Shown: positions 36,995 through 46,634 of the stretch, piece after piece | How the letters are laid out: each line of letters starts with the position of its first letter | Position numbering within the stretch: the stretch's first letter is position 1 | Source of the DNA: Candidatus Saccharimonadales bacterium | GTDB taxonomy: Bacteria; Patescibacteriota; Saccharimonadia; Saccharimonadales; OMJO01 | DNA: 64,000 nucleotides | Direction of reading: 5' to 3' | Assembly: GCA_035480035.1 (NCBI GenBank) | Contig: DATIID010000001.1 | Span: forward strand, 265,323-329,322 | Notes under the pieces: model-generated | Told to the model about the DNA's origin: nothing | The model's database searches: none | What the model saw: only the letters and a program-made list of their open reading frames with translations | Position numbers and translations under genes: made by a program

Positions 36995-37032
36995 GTATAT
37001 AGCGCTTAAGATTTAGTCAATACGCTATATAT
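36995..37032 (-). promoter_or_regulatory. inverted repeat bracketing the glutaredoxin-gene promoter (operator candidate)
   Basis: Arms GTATATAGCG (36995-37004) and CGCTATATAT (37023-37032) match 9/10. On the minus strand they enclose TTGACT (fwd 37020-37015), a 17-nt spacer and TACAAT (fwd 36997-36992). Confidence 0.45.
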
Positions 37033-37045
37033 TGTGTTTTTTACG

Positions 37046-37591
37046 TTATTGACCGATTTTAACTAATTCAACATCGAAGACTAAATCGGAGTTTGGTGGG
37101 ATACTTCCTTGACCCGAGCTGCCATAAGCCAAAGCAGCTGGAATTAACAAACGTCGCTTGCCACCAACCTTCATACCAGGTATACCCTGAGACCAGCCAG
37201 CAATAACCCCACTTAATGGGAAGGTTGCTGTTTGACCACTATCAAATGAACTTTCAAAAATCACACCACTAGAAGCCAGTGCTCCAGTGTAGTTGACGGT
37301 AATGGTGTCACTTGGTTTAGCTTCATCTCCAGTGCCGACTACTTGATCAATTTTTTGCAAACTATCAACCTTTGCAACAGGGTTAAAGTTTTGTAGTTGA
37401 GTGCCTTTTAGCATTTTCGTCTCCTTTGATTTATTAGTTGTGTTCGATGCCGTTGCAGTTTTACTGACTGACTTGTTAGCCTGGTTGTCTTTTACGATTT
37501 GCCAAATAACGGCAGCGCTGAAGCCCAGCGAAGTCGCCAGAAACAATACTGCGAAAAGTAAGGCAAAGACTCGTTCGTGTATGCGTGCCAT
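37046..37591 (-). CDS. membrane-anchored FKBP-type peptidyl-prolyl isomerase
   Basis: 181 aa with an N-terminal TM and an FKBP core (VNYTGAL..G..FESSFD...GVIAGWSQGIPGMKVGGKRRLLIPAALAYG). Confidence 0.88.
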   Translation of the reverse strand: MARIHERVFALLFAVLFLATSLGFSAAVIWQIVKDNQANKSVSKTATASNTTNKSKETKMLKGTQLQNFNPVAKVDSLQKIDQVVGTGDEAKPSDTITVNYTGALASSGVIFESSFDSGQTATFPLSGVIAGWSQGIPGMKVGGKRRLLIPAALAYGSSGQGSIPPNSDLVFDVELVKIGQ

Positions 37592-37635
37592 CTATGTTTT
37601 AAACCTCAATACTTAACTTAGTATAATGGTTCAAT

Positions 37636-38088
37636 TCAAACTCGGCTAGTCGTTAATTCAATTGGCTTAATTGGCCAGCCGTTCTGATGGGCGTTTAAGA
37701 TGGTTTGTTTGAGATTCGGCGATACAAAGTTGGCATTTGGCAGATCATCTAACCACATCCAACCAGGTTGATGAAGATTCTGGCCAAGTTGATTCAGTTG
37801 ATTTTCCTCTGAATTTTGGTGTAGCTTCGGTTCGCCGCTACGGTAATCACATAGGTATATGTATTGATCGCCATATGGTTCACCAGCATGCTCGATAATC
37901 ACTAGCTTAGGGTTGGTAAATGTTAAAGTGGTTTCTTCGCTAATTTCTCGAGCCAGAGCTTGTTCAGGTGATTCACCACGCTCAATGTTGCCACCAGGTA
38001 AAGTATCATAGTGCTCGCCAAATTTGTTACGATGCATGACTAATAATCGATCATCTTTAATGATAATGGCTCTGGCGGCTTGTCGCAT
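37636..38088 (-). CDS. NUDIX hydrolase
   Basis: 150 aa; Nudix box GGNIERGESPEQALAREISEETTL. Confidence 0.85.
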   Translation of the reverse strand: MRQAARAIIIKDDRLLVMHRNKFGEHYDTLPGGNIERGESPEQALAREISEETTLTFTNPKLVIIEHAGEPYGDQYIYLCDYRSGEPKLHQNSEENQLNQLGQNLHQPGWMWLDDLPNANFVSPNLKQTILNAHQNGWPIKPIELTTSRV

Positions 38089-38105
38089 TATCTAAGCTTA
38101 ACTCC

Positions 38106-39884
38106 TCAATCCGAGATTTCAAACGCTTTAAGTTTTTTCTTAGTTGCTTCAGTGTGGCCTTGCTGAAGTTTAAGCAACTGGCTATAAATACCGCCGCTCT
38201 CGGCCAGTTCTTTGGGTGAACCAACTTCATTGACCTGACCATTTTGTAAGGTAATGATTTGGTCGACATGCTGAATCGTACTCAATCGGTGAGCAATGAT
38301 AATGGTCGTCCGGCCTTTCATCAATCGCTCCAAGGCTTCCTGAACCATGGCTTCACTTTTGCTATCAAGACTACTTGTGGCTTCATCGAGCACTAAAATC
38401 GGTGCATCTTTAAGAAGAGCTCTGGCGATAGCAATCCGCTGTTTCTGACCGCCGCTTAACTTTAATCCCCGTTCGCCTATTTCAGTATCGTAGCCTTTGT
38501 CAAATTTACTAATAAACTCGTCAGCGTTAGCTGCTTTAGCCGCCTCAATAATATCGCGCTCACTGGCTTTGGGATTAGCATAAGCAATGTTCTCGCGGAC
38601 TGAGCCGCTAAAAAGCGCTGGATCTTGAAACACTACGCCAATCTGAGCCCGCAAGCTAGCCTGAGTAACTTCAGAAATATCTTGCCCGTCAATCAAAATT
38701 TGACCTTGGCTTGGTTCATATAGGCGCATTAACAAATTAGTAATAGTAGTTTTGCCTTCACCGCTCTCACCTACCAGTGCTACTTTGCTGTCTGGTTTAA
38801 CTGCAAAAGTTAGCGCTTTAAGCACTTCATTATCGCCATAGCTAAAAGTTATATTCTCGTAAATAACTTCGCCAGCAGTAATTTTAAGTGGTTCAGCATT
38901 TGGTGCGTCAGTAATTTCTGGCTGCTGGGCCATGACTTCAAAATAATCTTTGCTATTGGCAATAGCTCGCTGAGTGCGGTCAACTAAGAAACTAATACTA
39001 AATATTGGGATACGAATTAACATGGCGTACTGGATTAGCAATACCATTACACCTAATGTGTATCGGCCGCGGGCGGCTTCAATAAAAATAAACATAAAGA
39101 CTGCAAAGAAAATAACGGCCAAGACCGAACGGCGCCAGACGTCTTGCTTATGCCAATACTCACTTTGCGGTTTAGTCGTATCAACCGCTTTTCGCATTTG
39201 CTTATTGAAGAACCTAAGTTCTCGAGCTTCCTGGATAAAACTTTTTACGACTTTAATTTGTAAGATACTTTCAGCGAATCGACCACTACCTACATCTAGG
39301 TCTTCATTTATCTTTTTCTGGTAACGCTGCCATTTATTACTGGTTTTGGCAGTCATCCATATAAAAACCGGGTAAAGTGCCAGCAGCATTAAGGCTACCG
39401 GCCACGAGTAGTAAGCCACGATTATAAGCGTAAAAACAGTGCTGAAAATAAACTGCAGAAAATTATTGGTAAACATTTGCACAAAATCGCCGATATCTTG
39501 AATACCGCGGTTCATGCGATTAATAATCGTACCAGTAAGTTCTTGGTCAAAGTAGGCCTGGGGTAGGCTCATTAGATGCTCATAGTAACGCACGCTCATA
39601 AATTGTTTAAGTTTAATCGCTAAAATGTCACCAATATAACCGCTGATGTTGCTGAATATGGTTTGGCCGATGTCTGTGATAAAAATCAAAGCCGCAAAAA
39701 TCGCTACTATCGTCACATTGGCATGCCCACCTTGCAAGGACTTGGTAATTTGATCAATTGCGCCTTTAGTAAATAGCGGCTGTAACTGACTCATCGCCGC
39801 TAACAAAATAGTAAAAATCGAGATGATGATGTAATAACGCCATAAATTCTTAGTAAAAGTAATAATCCGCCAAATATATTTCAT
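38106..39884 (-). CDS. ABC exporter, fused permease/ATPase (MsbA/MdlB type)
   Basis: 592 aa with a six-helix TMD, Walker A GESGEGKTT, signature LSGGQKQR, and Walker B ILVLDEATS. Confidence 0.9.
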   Translation of the reverse strand: MKYIWRIITFTKNLWRYYIIISIFTILLAAMSQLQPLFTKGAIDQITKSLQGGHANVTIVAIFAALIFITDIGQTIFSNISGYIGDILAIKLKQFMSVRYYEHLMSLPQAYFDQELTGTIINRMNRGIQDIGDFVQMFTNNFLQFIFSTVFTLIIVAYYSWPVALMLLALYPVFIWMTAKTSNKWQRYQKKINEDLDVGSGRFAESILQIKVVKSFIQEARELRFFNKQMRKAVDTTKPQSEYWHKQDVWRRSVLAVIFFAVFMFIFIEAARGRYTLGVMVLLIQYAMLIRIPIFSISFLVDRTQRAIANSKDYFEVMAQQPEITDAPNAEPLKITAGEVIYENITFSYGDNEVLKALTFAVKPDSKVALVGESGEGKTTITNLLMRLYEPSQGQILIDGQDISEVTQASLRAQIGVVFQDPALFSGSVRENIAYANPKASERDIIEAAKAANADEFISKFDKGYDTEIGERGLKLSGGQKQRIAIARALLKDAPILVLDEATSSLDSKSEAMVQEALERLMKGRTTIIIAHRLSTIQHVDQIITLQNGQVNEVGSPKELAESGGIYSQLLKLQQGHTEATKKKLKAFEISD

Positions 39885-39941
39885 TACTAAAAGCTTAACA
39901 TGTTAATCGTTTCATTGAAAGAGTTAGTGCCACCAGTATTG

Positions 39942-42500
39942 TTATACCCTTTCAGCGTCAATGGCTATAAGTTTGTTGGTTAGGGCGTCAATGTAGTTAT
40001 TAACCTCAGCTGTGGTCAGGGTTTTATCGTAATTTGATAACCACAATCGCCAAGTAACATTTTTGTGTTTGGTATCTGTGTCGGATTGATAAATTCTGGG
40101 TAACCCGAGCTCCGACCAAATATTGTTGGGCAATAGCTCCACCAATTGTCCAGTCAAATAATTATAGAGTTCGGCATAAGTTGTCGAAACTGGTACTTTA
40201 AGCGTGATATCTTGAACGACTTTTGGGAAACGCGGCATTGGCATGTAGCTTTGGTTAGCACTGGTCAACTTAAGCAGTGTGTTGACGTCAAATTCAAAGC
40301 CAGCGCTAAACAATGGTAACTTTAAGTTCTGGCGGATTTTGGTACTAAATTCACCGATTTCACCGATAAAATCACCGTCAACTGTTTTAACAATTGCCGT
40401 ACGAGCCTTATCAAATGGCGCAATTGCTGCCTGGCTAATGGCTGCTTTCGGTTGGTGTTGGCTAGCCGGTTCAAACACTGTATTAATACCCAAATAATTT
40501 AGTAAATAGTTAGCATAACTAACGACTGCATAATAAGCCACTCCTTGATATTTCCGTGTGGCGGTTTTATCATCAGCCGCAAAAACTAAGGCTAGCCGCT
40601 GATCTTCGGCTGGCAAACCATCTTTTCCCAAAAAAGTTTTACTGTGAACTGGATTTATTTCAAATATCGCAAACTCATTGTCTTCACCGCGCACTCGGTC
40701 ACTACGAAGATTTGGCTGGACTTTTTCCAACAAACTGGGTAGTAAACTCAAGCGATAATACTGCAAATCCGGACTTAAGGCATTGCTAAGTTTAAAAGCA
40801 TCTTCTGGATTCTGGCCGGACTTTTCAAGTAGGTCACTGTGAACAAATGTGTAAGTTAATAATTCATTAGCGCCGGCCTCAGCCAATAATGATCGTAGGC
40901 TGTTTTTGAACGACAACATATCCTGTGGTCGAGCTGGTTGGATTGATCGAGTTGGTAGAATTAGTGGTAAATGGTCATAGCCGTACAGTCGGCCAACTTC
41001 TTCAACAATGTCTTCAGGGATTTCAATATCTGTTCGCCAAAACGGCGCTTGAATATGTAGCCGAGATTTATCGGCTGGTACAGTTTTAATCTTAAACTCG
41101 ACATTTTCAAGTAATTTAGCAATCTCTTTCAACGTTAATTTTGTACCTAAACGATCGTTGATAAAGCTAGCACTAACTGCCACTGGGGTGTTAAAGGCGT
41201 GGCGCGGATAAGATTCAACAGGATGACCAATTGGCTTGGCGTCATTACACAGTTCACTTATCATTTGTACTGTCTTATACAAAACTGGTGCACATTGCTC
41301 TGGCGATTGATTCTTAGTGAAGCGTGTAACGGCATCTGTAAATAAACCGTGAGCCATACTGGTACGCCGAATGTTGTACATATCAAAGTTGGCGCATTCA
41401 ATAATAATTCTTTTGGTTTGGTTATCGATTTCAGAGTTATCACCACCCATTACCCCACCCAGCGCAATTGGTTTATCTTGGTCGCAAATCAGAATCGCAT
41501 CGGCCCTTGGTTCAATAGTTTTACCACCTAACAGCTTTATGGTCTCGCCCTTTTTAGGATTTCTGACAACTATCTTGGCGCGGCCATTTTGGGCTACTTT
41601 ATCAAAATCAAAAGCGTGCAATGGTTGGCCAGTCATTAGCATAATGTAGTTAGTAATGTCCACGATGTTATTGATCGGCCTAACGCCAATACGGTTCAAA
41701 TAGGTTTGTAACCAAATTGGGCTGGGTTTAACTTCAACATCATCAATCGCAATTGCCATATAGCGGCGACAAAGCTTGGGTATTTCATTTGTAATAGTCA
41801 GTGATTTAATTTGGTCACTCTTAAACGAATCAAAACTATTTTCTTTAACGTACCAACTGGGCGATCTAAATGTTTTATGATTAATGCCGCTGACTTCACG
41901 TGCCACACCGAGCTGTCCAAAACAATCCGGCCGATGCGTAAACATTTTATTCTCAATATCAATGATATGGTCGTCTAAGCCATACAATCTTTTGAATGTT
42001 GTGCCCGGTTTGGCTAAATCCTTGCCGACTTCAATTGGATCAATTACTAAAATACCGTCGTGATTATCGCTTAGATCCAGTTCGTTGGCGCTAGCTAACA
42101 TACCATTGCTGGTCTCACCGCGAATGTTTCGAGCTTCTAGTACTAATGGATCTTTGTCGAGCGTCGCCGGTACTGTTACTCCAGGTGGCAACCAAGCTAC
42201 CAGTTGTCCGGCCTGCACATTTGGTGCGCCGCAAACAACTTGGACTAAACCCTTCGAATCACGTTTAACACCTTTGGTGGTTTTATTATCATCTATGAGA
42301 CAAACACTTAATTTATCAGCATCTGGATGTTTAATGCAGCTAACGACTTTAGCCACTACTATGCCATCGTAACGCTCGCCCAAGTTTACAACATCTTCGA
42401 CTTCACCCAATTGAGAGCCAATTTTCTCCACCAACTTATCTGAAACCACATTCAGTCCCGCCCCGCCGAACTGTTTCATCCATTCAACGCTAACTTTCAT
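39942..42500 (-). CDS. pheT: phenylalanine-tRNA ligase beta subunit
   Basis: 852 aa with tRNA-binding, B3/4, B5 and anticodon-binding-like domains. 4-nt overlap with pheS. Confidence 0.93.
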   Translation of the reverse strand: MKVSVEWMKQFGGAGLNVVSDKLVEKIGSQLGEVEDVVNLGERYDGIVVAKVVSCIKHPDADKLSVCLIDDNKTTKGVKRDSKGLVQVVCGAPNVQAGQLVAWLPPGVTVPATLDKDPLVLEARNIRGETSNGMLASANELDLSDNHDGILVIDPIEVGKDLAKPGTTFKRLYGLDDHIIDIENKMFTHRPDCFGQLGVAREVSGINHKTFRSPSWYVKENSFDSFKSDQIKSLTITNEIPKLCRRYMAIAIDDVEVKPSPIWLQTYLNRIGVRPINNIVDITNYIMLMTGQPLHAFDFDKVAQNGRAKIVVRNPKKGETIKLLGGKTIEPRADAILICDQDKPIALGGVMGGDNSEIDNQTKRIIIECANFDMYNIRRTSMAHGLFTDAVTRFTKNQSPEQCAPVLYKTVQMISELCNDAKPIGHPVESYPRHAFNTPVAVSASFINDRLGTKLTLKEIAKLLENVEFKIKTVPADKSRLHIQAPFWRTDIEIPEDIVEEVGRLYGYDHLPLILPTRSIQPARPQDMLSFKNSLRSLLAEAGANELLTYTFVHSDLLEKSGQNPEDAFKLSNALSPDLQYYRLSLLPSLLEKVQPNLRSDRVRGEDNEFAIFEINPVHSKTFLGKDGLPAEDQRLALVFAADDKTATRKYQGVAYYAVVSYANYLLNYLGINTVFEPASQHQPKAAISQAAIAPFDKARTAIVKTVDGDFIGEIGEFSTKIRQNLKLPLFSAGFEFDVNTLLKLTSANQSYMPMPRFPKVVQDITLKVPVSTTYAELYNYLTGQLVELLPNNIWSELGLPRIYQSDTDTKHKNVTWRLWLSNYDKTLTTAEVNNYIDALTNKLIAIDAERV

Positions 42501-43534
42501 TTAAACTGCCTCAGAAATTCCAGTTTGCCGCTTTCAAAATGCCGCACATCTTCAATGTTGTACTTCATCATCACCAATCGATCTACTCCACCACCCCAGG
42601 CAAAACCAGTGTATTTTGCAGGATCAATACCAGCCATTTTTAGAACATTTGGATGAATCATGCCGCAGCCGAGAAGTTCAATCCATCCGGTGTAGCCACA
42701 AACGTTACAACCCTTTTTCTGACAAAATGGACAGCTCATAGCAAATTCAAAGCTTGGTTCGGTAAACGGAAAATAAAACGGTTGAGTTTTAATATCCAAT
42801 TCTTGTTGATAGTACTCGCTCAGGAAGGTTTTTAATGTTGCTAATAGATGGCCGACATTCATGCCGTGATCAACATATATCCCTTCATGCTGATAAAAAG
42901 TATGCTCATGCCGCGGGTCAAGGTCTTCGTTGCGAAACACTCGATCCGGAATCAACACTGCAATTGGTCTATTATTATCCAAATTATCTTTGTATTTTTT
43001 AATAACTCGGTTTTGCATCGTGCTGGTATGAGCTGGAGCAATCAAGCCTTCAGTTGTTACAAACGTATCGTAGTCGTCGCGAGCGGGATGATCTTTTGGG
43101 AAATTCAAACTGTCAAACATGTGATAGTCATCATCAATCTGTCTTGACGGCTCGATATTGAACCCCATTCGTAAAAAAATATTAGAAATTATCTGTATTT
43201 CCTTCATTAATGGATGAATGCTACCCTGGTCACTTGATAAGAGTCGCGGCAGTTTGTCAGGGTTCACATTCATATCCACGGGGGCAGTTACATCAATGGG
43301 TGGTAGCTTTTGGGTTGTTGAATGTTGTTGGGCAACCAAATCTTCTAGTTCAGCCTTGAGCTCGTTAATTTCCTTGCCGAAAGCCGCACGCTGATCAATT
43401 GGCAACGTTGGAATTTCGGCATATAAAGCTCTTAGTTCCGGTGAACGTAGCACGCTGTGTTTATCGACGGAGTTGGCCAGCTGTTTTTTGAGCAACAGGC
43501 TAACTTCAGCCACTCGCTTATTCTTATAGCTCAT
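42497..43534 (-). CDS. pheS: phenylalanine-tRNA ligase alpha subunit
   Basis: 345 aa with class II motifs (HPARDDYDTF, FRNEDLDPRHEHTFYQHEG, GFAWGGGVDRL). Confidence 0.95.
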   Translation of the reverse strand: MSYKNKRVAEVSLLLKKQLANSVDKHSVLRSPELRALYAEIPTLPIDQRAAFGKEINELKAELEDLVAQQHSTTQKLPPIDVTAPVDMNVNPDKLPRLLSSDQGSIHPLMKEIQIISNIFLRMGFNIEPSRQIDDDYHMFDSLNFPKDHPARDDYDTFVTTEGLIAPAHTSTMQNRVIKKYKDNLDNNRPIAVLIPDRVFRNEDLDPRHEHTFYQHEGIYVDHGMNVGHLLATLKTFLSEYYQQELDIKTQPFYFPFTEPSFEFAMSCPFCQKKGCNVCGYTGWIELLGCGMIHPNVLKMAGIDPAKYTGFAWGGGVDRLVMMKYNIEDVRHFESGKLEFLRQFK

Positions 43535-43652
43535 CTTAGGTTTATTATAACAAAGTTTGCCCTTGTTAACTTCTCAAGATCTGTGCCAAATTTGACAACA
43601 ACACAACTTTGCTCGAAAGGCTATAATATCGATGAACACATAGGAGTGGCTT

Positions 43653-45068
43653 TTGGGCGAGCAGTTGGAACGTGAAATACATGACGAATGCGCCGTAGTT
43701 GGCGTCACATCTATTGACTTACCTGCTTCGTATTTAACTTTTCAAGCCCTGTCGACTCTACAAACCCGTGGTGAGGAAGCCTCGGGGATGGCGACTTTTG
43801 ATAATAAACTTAATGTCCATAAAAAACTTGGACGTGTCGATGGTGTATACACTCCAAAAGTACTAAGAAAAAGATTAACTGGCACAACCAGTGTTGGGCA
43901 TAATCGATACTCTACATCTGGTAGCCCCAAAAAACATATTTCACCAATCGAAGACCAAGCCCTAGCCTATGCTTATGTTGAAAATGGCAATAACCCAGAG
44001 CCCGAGCAACAAAACAAGGAGTTAGAAAGCCGTGGGCTGAACCCGCATGATCTTAATGACTCAGAGGGCAAAGCACATCTGATTGCCAGTGAAGTGCGTA
44101 ATGGCTACGACTTACCGTATGCTGTTGAGCGTCTTTATCCAAGACTCGGAGGTGCTACCATGAGCATTGCAATGCATGGCGATATGGAGGTAGCCTTTAA
44201 GGATCCGCATGGCATTAGGCCGGGTGTGCTAGGTCGTCTACCGGATGGTGGTTTGATGGTTGCTTCCGAAACCTCAGCGTTAGATACAGTCGGAGCTGAA
44301 GTTATACGCGAAATTGAGGCCGGTGAAATGGTCGTTATGCACGGTCGTGATTATGAATTTAAGCAGCTTAGCGAAAAGTTAAAACGCAGACTCGATGTAT
44401 TCGAATTACTCTACTTTTCTTCACCCGATAGTATCCAATTCAACCAAACGATTGCTGATATGCGAACCAGGTTAGGTGAACAATTGGCGATTGAACATCC
44501 GATTGATAGCGATATAGTCATCCCCGTACCAAGCTCAGGCTTACTCGCCGGAGAAGGTTATGCCGATAGTTTGGGGATACCCAGACCGACGGCAATTATG
44601 AAAAACCGTTACATTGACCGCACTTTCATTTTACCGGAACAACTAAGAGATAAAGCACTATTAAACAAAAGCCGTCCCATAGCTAGTCGCGTAAAGGGCA
44701 AGCGTGTAACCGCTGTGGACGATACTAAAGTTCGTGGCAGCACTATGAAAGTTTTGGTTGAAAAGCTTATGGACGCCGGGGCTGCTGAAGTTAATGTACT
44801 AATTGCTTCACCGCCAGTTGTCTATCCCGATTTTTACGGTATCGACACTAAATCACAGGACGAATTAATTGCCGCCAATATGAATCGAGAAGAAATCAGA
44901 CAACATCTAGGCGCCCATTCACTCAATTACTTATCAATGAATGGCATGATCAAAGCTCTAGGTGTGCCTGCAGACCAATTAAACCTATCCTGCTTCACGG
45001 GCGAGTATCCGATTGATATCGGACGACGGAAATCAGAAATTCAAACACCTAAAAGCCGAGTCGAATAG
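43653..45068 (+). CDS. purF: amidophosphoribosyltransferase-like protein (Ntn glutamine amidotransferase plus PRTase)
   Basis: 471 aa. TTG start 6 nt after AGGAG. A short propeptide precedes CAVVGV (Ntn Cys). Also VGHNRYSTSG, the PRPP loop VTAVDDTKVRGSTM, and CFTGEYP. Confidence 0.8.
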   Translation: MGEQLEREIHDECAVVGVTSIDLPASYLTFQALSTLQTRGEEASGMATFDNKLNVHKKLGRVDGVYTPKVLRKRLTGTTSVGHNRYSTSGSPKKHISPIEDQALAYAYVENGNNPEPEQQNKELESRGLNPHDLNDSEGKAHLIASEVRNGYDLPYAVERLYPRLGGATMSIAMHGDMEVAFKDPHGIRPGVLGRLPDGGLMVASETSALDTVGAEVIREIEAGEMVVMHGRDYEFKQLSEKLKRRLDVFELLYFSSPDSIQFNQTIADMRTRLGEQLAIEHPIDSDIVIPVPSSGLLAGEGYADSLGIPRPTAIMKNRYIDRTFILPEQLRDKALLNKSRPIASRVKGKRVTAVDDTKVRGSTMKVLVEKLMDAGAAEVNVLIASPPVVYPDFYGIDTKSQDELIAANMNREEIRQHLGAHSLNYLSMNGMIKALGVPADQLNLSCFTGEYPIDIGRRKSEIQTPKSRVE

Positions 45069-45082
45069 GTTAAGATAAAGTT

Positions 45083-45580
45083 ATGGCAAATTTTTCATTT
45101 GATGTAGTCAGCGATTATGATGTCGCTGAAATGAACAATGTATTCGATCAGGCTCAGCGTGAAATGACCAATCGTTATGACTTTAAAAACACCCCGGCGC
45201 AATTGGAGTGGTTGAACAATGACAAAACTGGGTTGAAAGTTACTGGAAACAGCGATTGGCAAATCGATGCAATTCTGGACATTGTTCGCAAAAAGCTAGC
45301 TGCTCGTAATCAAAGTCAGAAAGTTTTAGATACTAGCACCCAAGCTGTTACAGCAAACCTTAAAACCACTAAAGAAGTAACCTTCAAAAAAGGGCTCGAC
45401 CAAGAAAAAGCTAAGAAAATTACAAGCTTAATTCGTGACAAATTTCCAAAAGTTAAAACTCAAATTCAAGGTACTGAAGTCCGGGTCACGAGCGGCAGCA
45501 AAGATGATCTACAAGCTGTCATGCAACTGTTAAAAGCCCAAGACTTTGATTTTCCAATTAGTTTTGCAAACTATCGATAG
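45083..45580 (+). CDS. yajQ: YajQ-family (UPF0234) nucleotide-binding protein
   Basis: 165 aa; the MANFSFDVVSDYDVAEMNNVFDQAQREMTNRYDFK N-terminus is typical of YajQ. Confidence 0.85.
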   Translation: MANFSFDVVSDYDVAEMNNVFDQAQREMTNRYDFKNTPAQLEWLNNDKTGLKVTGNSDWQIDAILDIVRKKLAARNQSQKVLDTSTQAVTANLKTTKEVTFKKGLDQEKAKKITSLIRDKFPKVKTQIQGTEVRVTSGSKDDLQAVMQLLKAQDFDFPISFANYR

Positions 45581-45586
45581 GCTGCT

Positions 45587-46531
45587 TTAGCAAGCTTGCG
45601 CCCATCGTTCCGCTAATAGGTCCGGGCGAGCTGATCGATACCATTCCTGTGCACCACCGACTAACATAGCACCCAGTTCCTGTCTCAGGGGTAATTCAGT
45701 AGCAATATTCTCAGAGTCAATACCCCCGCATGACAAAATGGGTATTCGCTCGTCAGCTACAGCTCTGGCAATTTTTAACCATTCTCGTGCAATCGGAGCA
45801 ACTACCGGCCCACTCATACCGCCCTTACCTCCCGCACATTTAATCTCTGGGAATGGTTGCGCACCAATTGTGTTAATACCTGTAAAAAAATCAACATAAG
45901 GGCTTGTGGCAATTATAAGATCTGTTACGCCCGCCTCATCAACCTGGTCTTCTAAGGAGGTAACGTGAGGAGAATCTTTAGCTCCTAGACAAACTTCTTC
46001 TCCTACCCTATTCCTACTCGCACTCATAACTTCTGCGCTGACTTCAGGATTATTGCAGGTAGGCGGATGAAAGCTCCCGTCTTCCTTGAGACCATTCGGG
46101 CAACTCAAGTTTACTTCAACTGCAGTGGGATTTTGAGCCATGGCTTCTTCCACCAACATTGGAATTACTTTAGTGGGAGTTTCATGCGGTAAGTTAGTAA
46201 CTTGTATAATCGTTTTAATTCCTCTGTCGGACAATCTTTTGATTGGTTCACTGAGTTTTCTCATCCCTTCAAGTCCACTGCCCGGCAAGCCCCGGGCGTT
46301 ACCGGCCATCTTTTTATCCGAATAGTAAACAAAATCTATTGGGTCTTTATTAGTGGCGTTACCCGCCCAGTTAGGTTGGGTCCAACCACCACTAGTTAAA
46401 GCAGGTACAACCAAAGGATCTTTTATATCCATAAACGGTTCAAAATGAGCAGCTTCCTTTAAAACTCCCGCTGCAATAAAGAAAGGTACTCCTGCTCCCG
46501 GATATAAAGGATGATTTTCAAAGTTTGCCAT
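45587..46531 (-). CDS. dihydroorotate-dehydrogenase-family (class 1-like) flavin TIM-barrel protein
   Basis: VEVNLSCPN motif, GGKGGMSGPVVAPIA, and ILSCGGIDS...GAMLVGGAQ. The track ORF (to 46627) is trimmed to ATG 46531, which has AGGAG 8 nt upstream and avoids overlap with the divergent gene. Confidence 0.7.
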   Translation of the reverse strand: MANFENHPLYPGAGVPFFIAAGVLKEAAHFEPFMDIKDPLVVPALTSGGWTQPNWAGNATNKDPIDFVYYSDKKMAGNARGLPGSGLEGMRKLSEPIKRLSDRGIKTIIQVTNLPHETPTKVIPMLVEEAMAQNPTAVEVNLSCPNGLKEDGSFHPPTCNNPEVSAEVMSASRNRVGEEVCLGAKDSPHVTSLEDQVDEAGVTDLIIATSPYVDFFTGINTIGAQPFPEIKCAGGKGGMSGPVVAPIAREWLKIARAVADERIPILSCGGIDSENIATELPLRQELGAMLVGGAQEWYRSARPDLLAERWAQAC

Positions 46532-46606
46532 GTTTCGTACTCCTGCCCACCTTTTATTTATTGCCAACAAGGCTATTATGTGGTTCACTATAATAAATGT
46601 AAACCC

Positions 46607-46625
46607 GACGACAATGATTGTCGTC
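46607..46625. promoter_or_regulatory. perfect 19-bp palindrome in the DHOD-like/TrmB divergent region (operator candidate)
   Basis: GACGACAAT-G-ATTGTCGTC. It overlaps a possible -35 (TTGTCG) of the minus-strand promoter and lies just upstream of the TrmB-family start. Confidence 0.55.
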
Positions 46626-46634
46626 ACTAAGCAA

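Noticed and set aside
46530-46634. Mutually overlapping N-terminal extensions of the divergent ORFs 45587-46627 and 46530-47444 in the track.
   Set aside because: The extensions are hydrophobic or odd sequences with no homology logic. The downstream ATG of the DHOD-like gene (46531) has an AGGAG SD. The region contains promoter-like boxes and the 19-bp palindrome. Both ORFs were trimmed.
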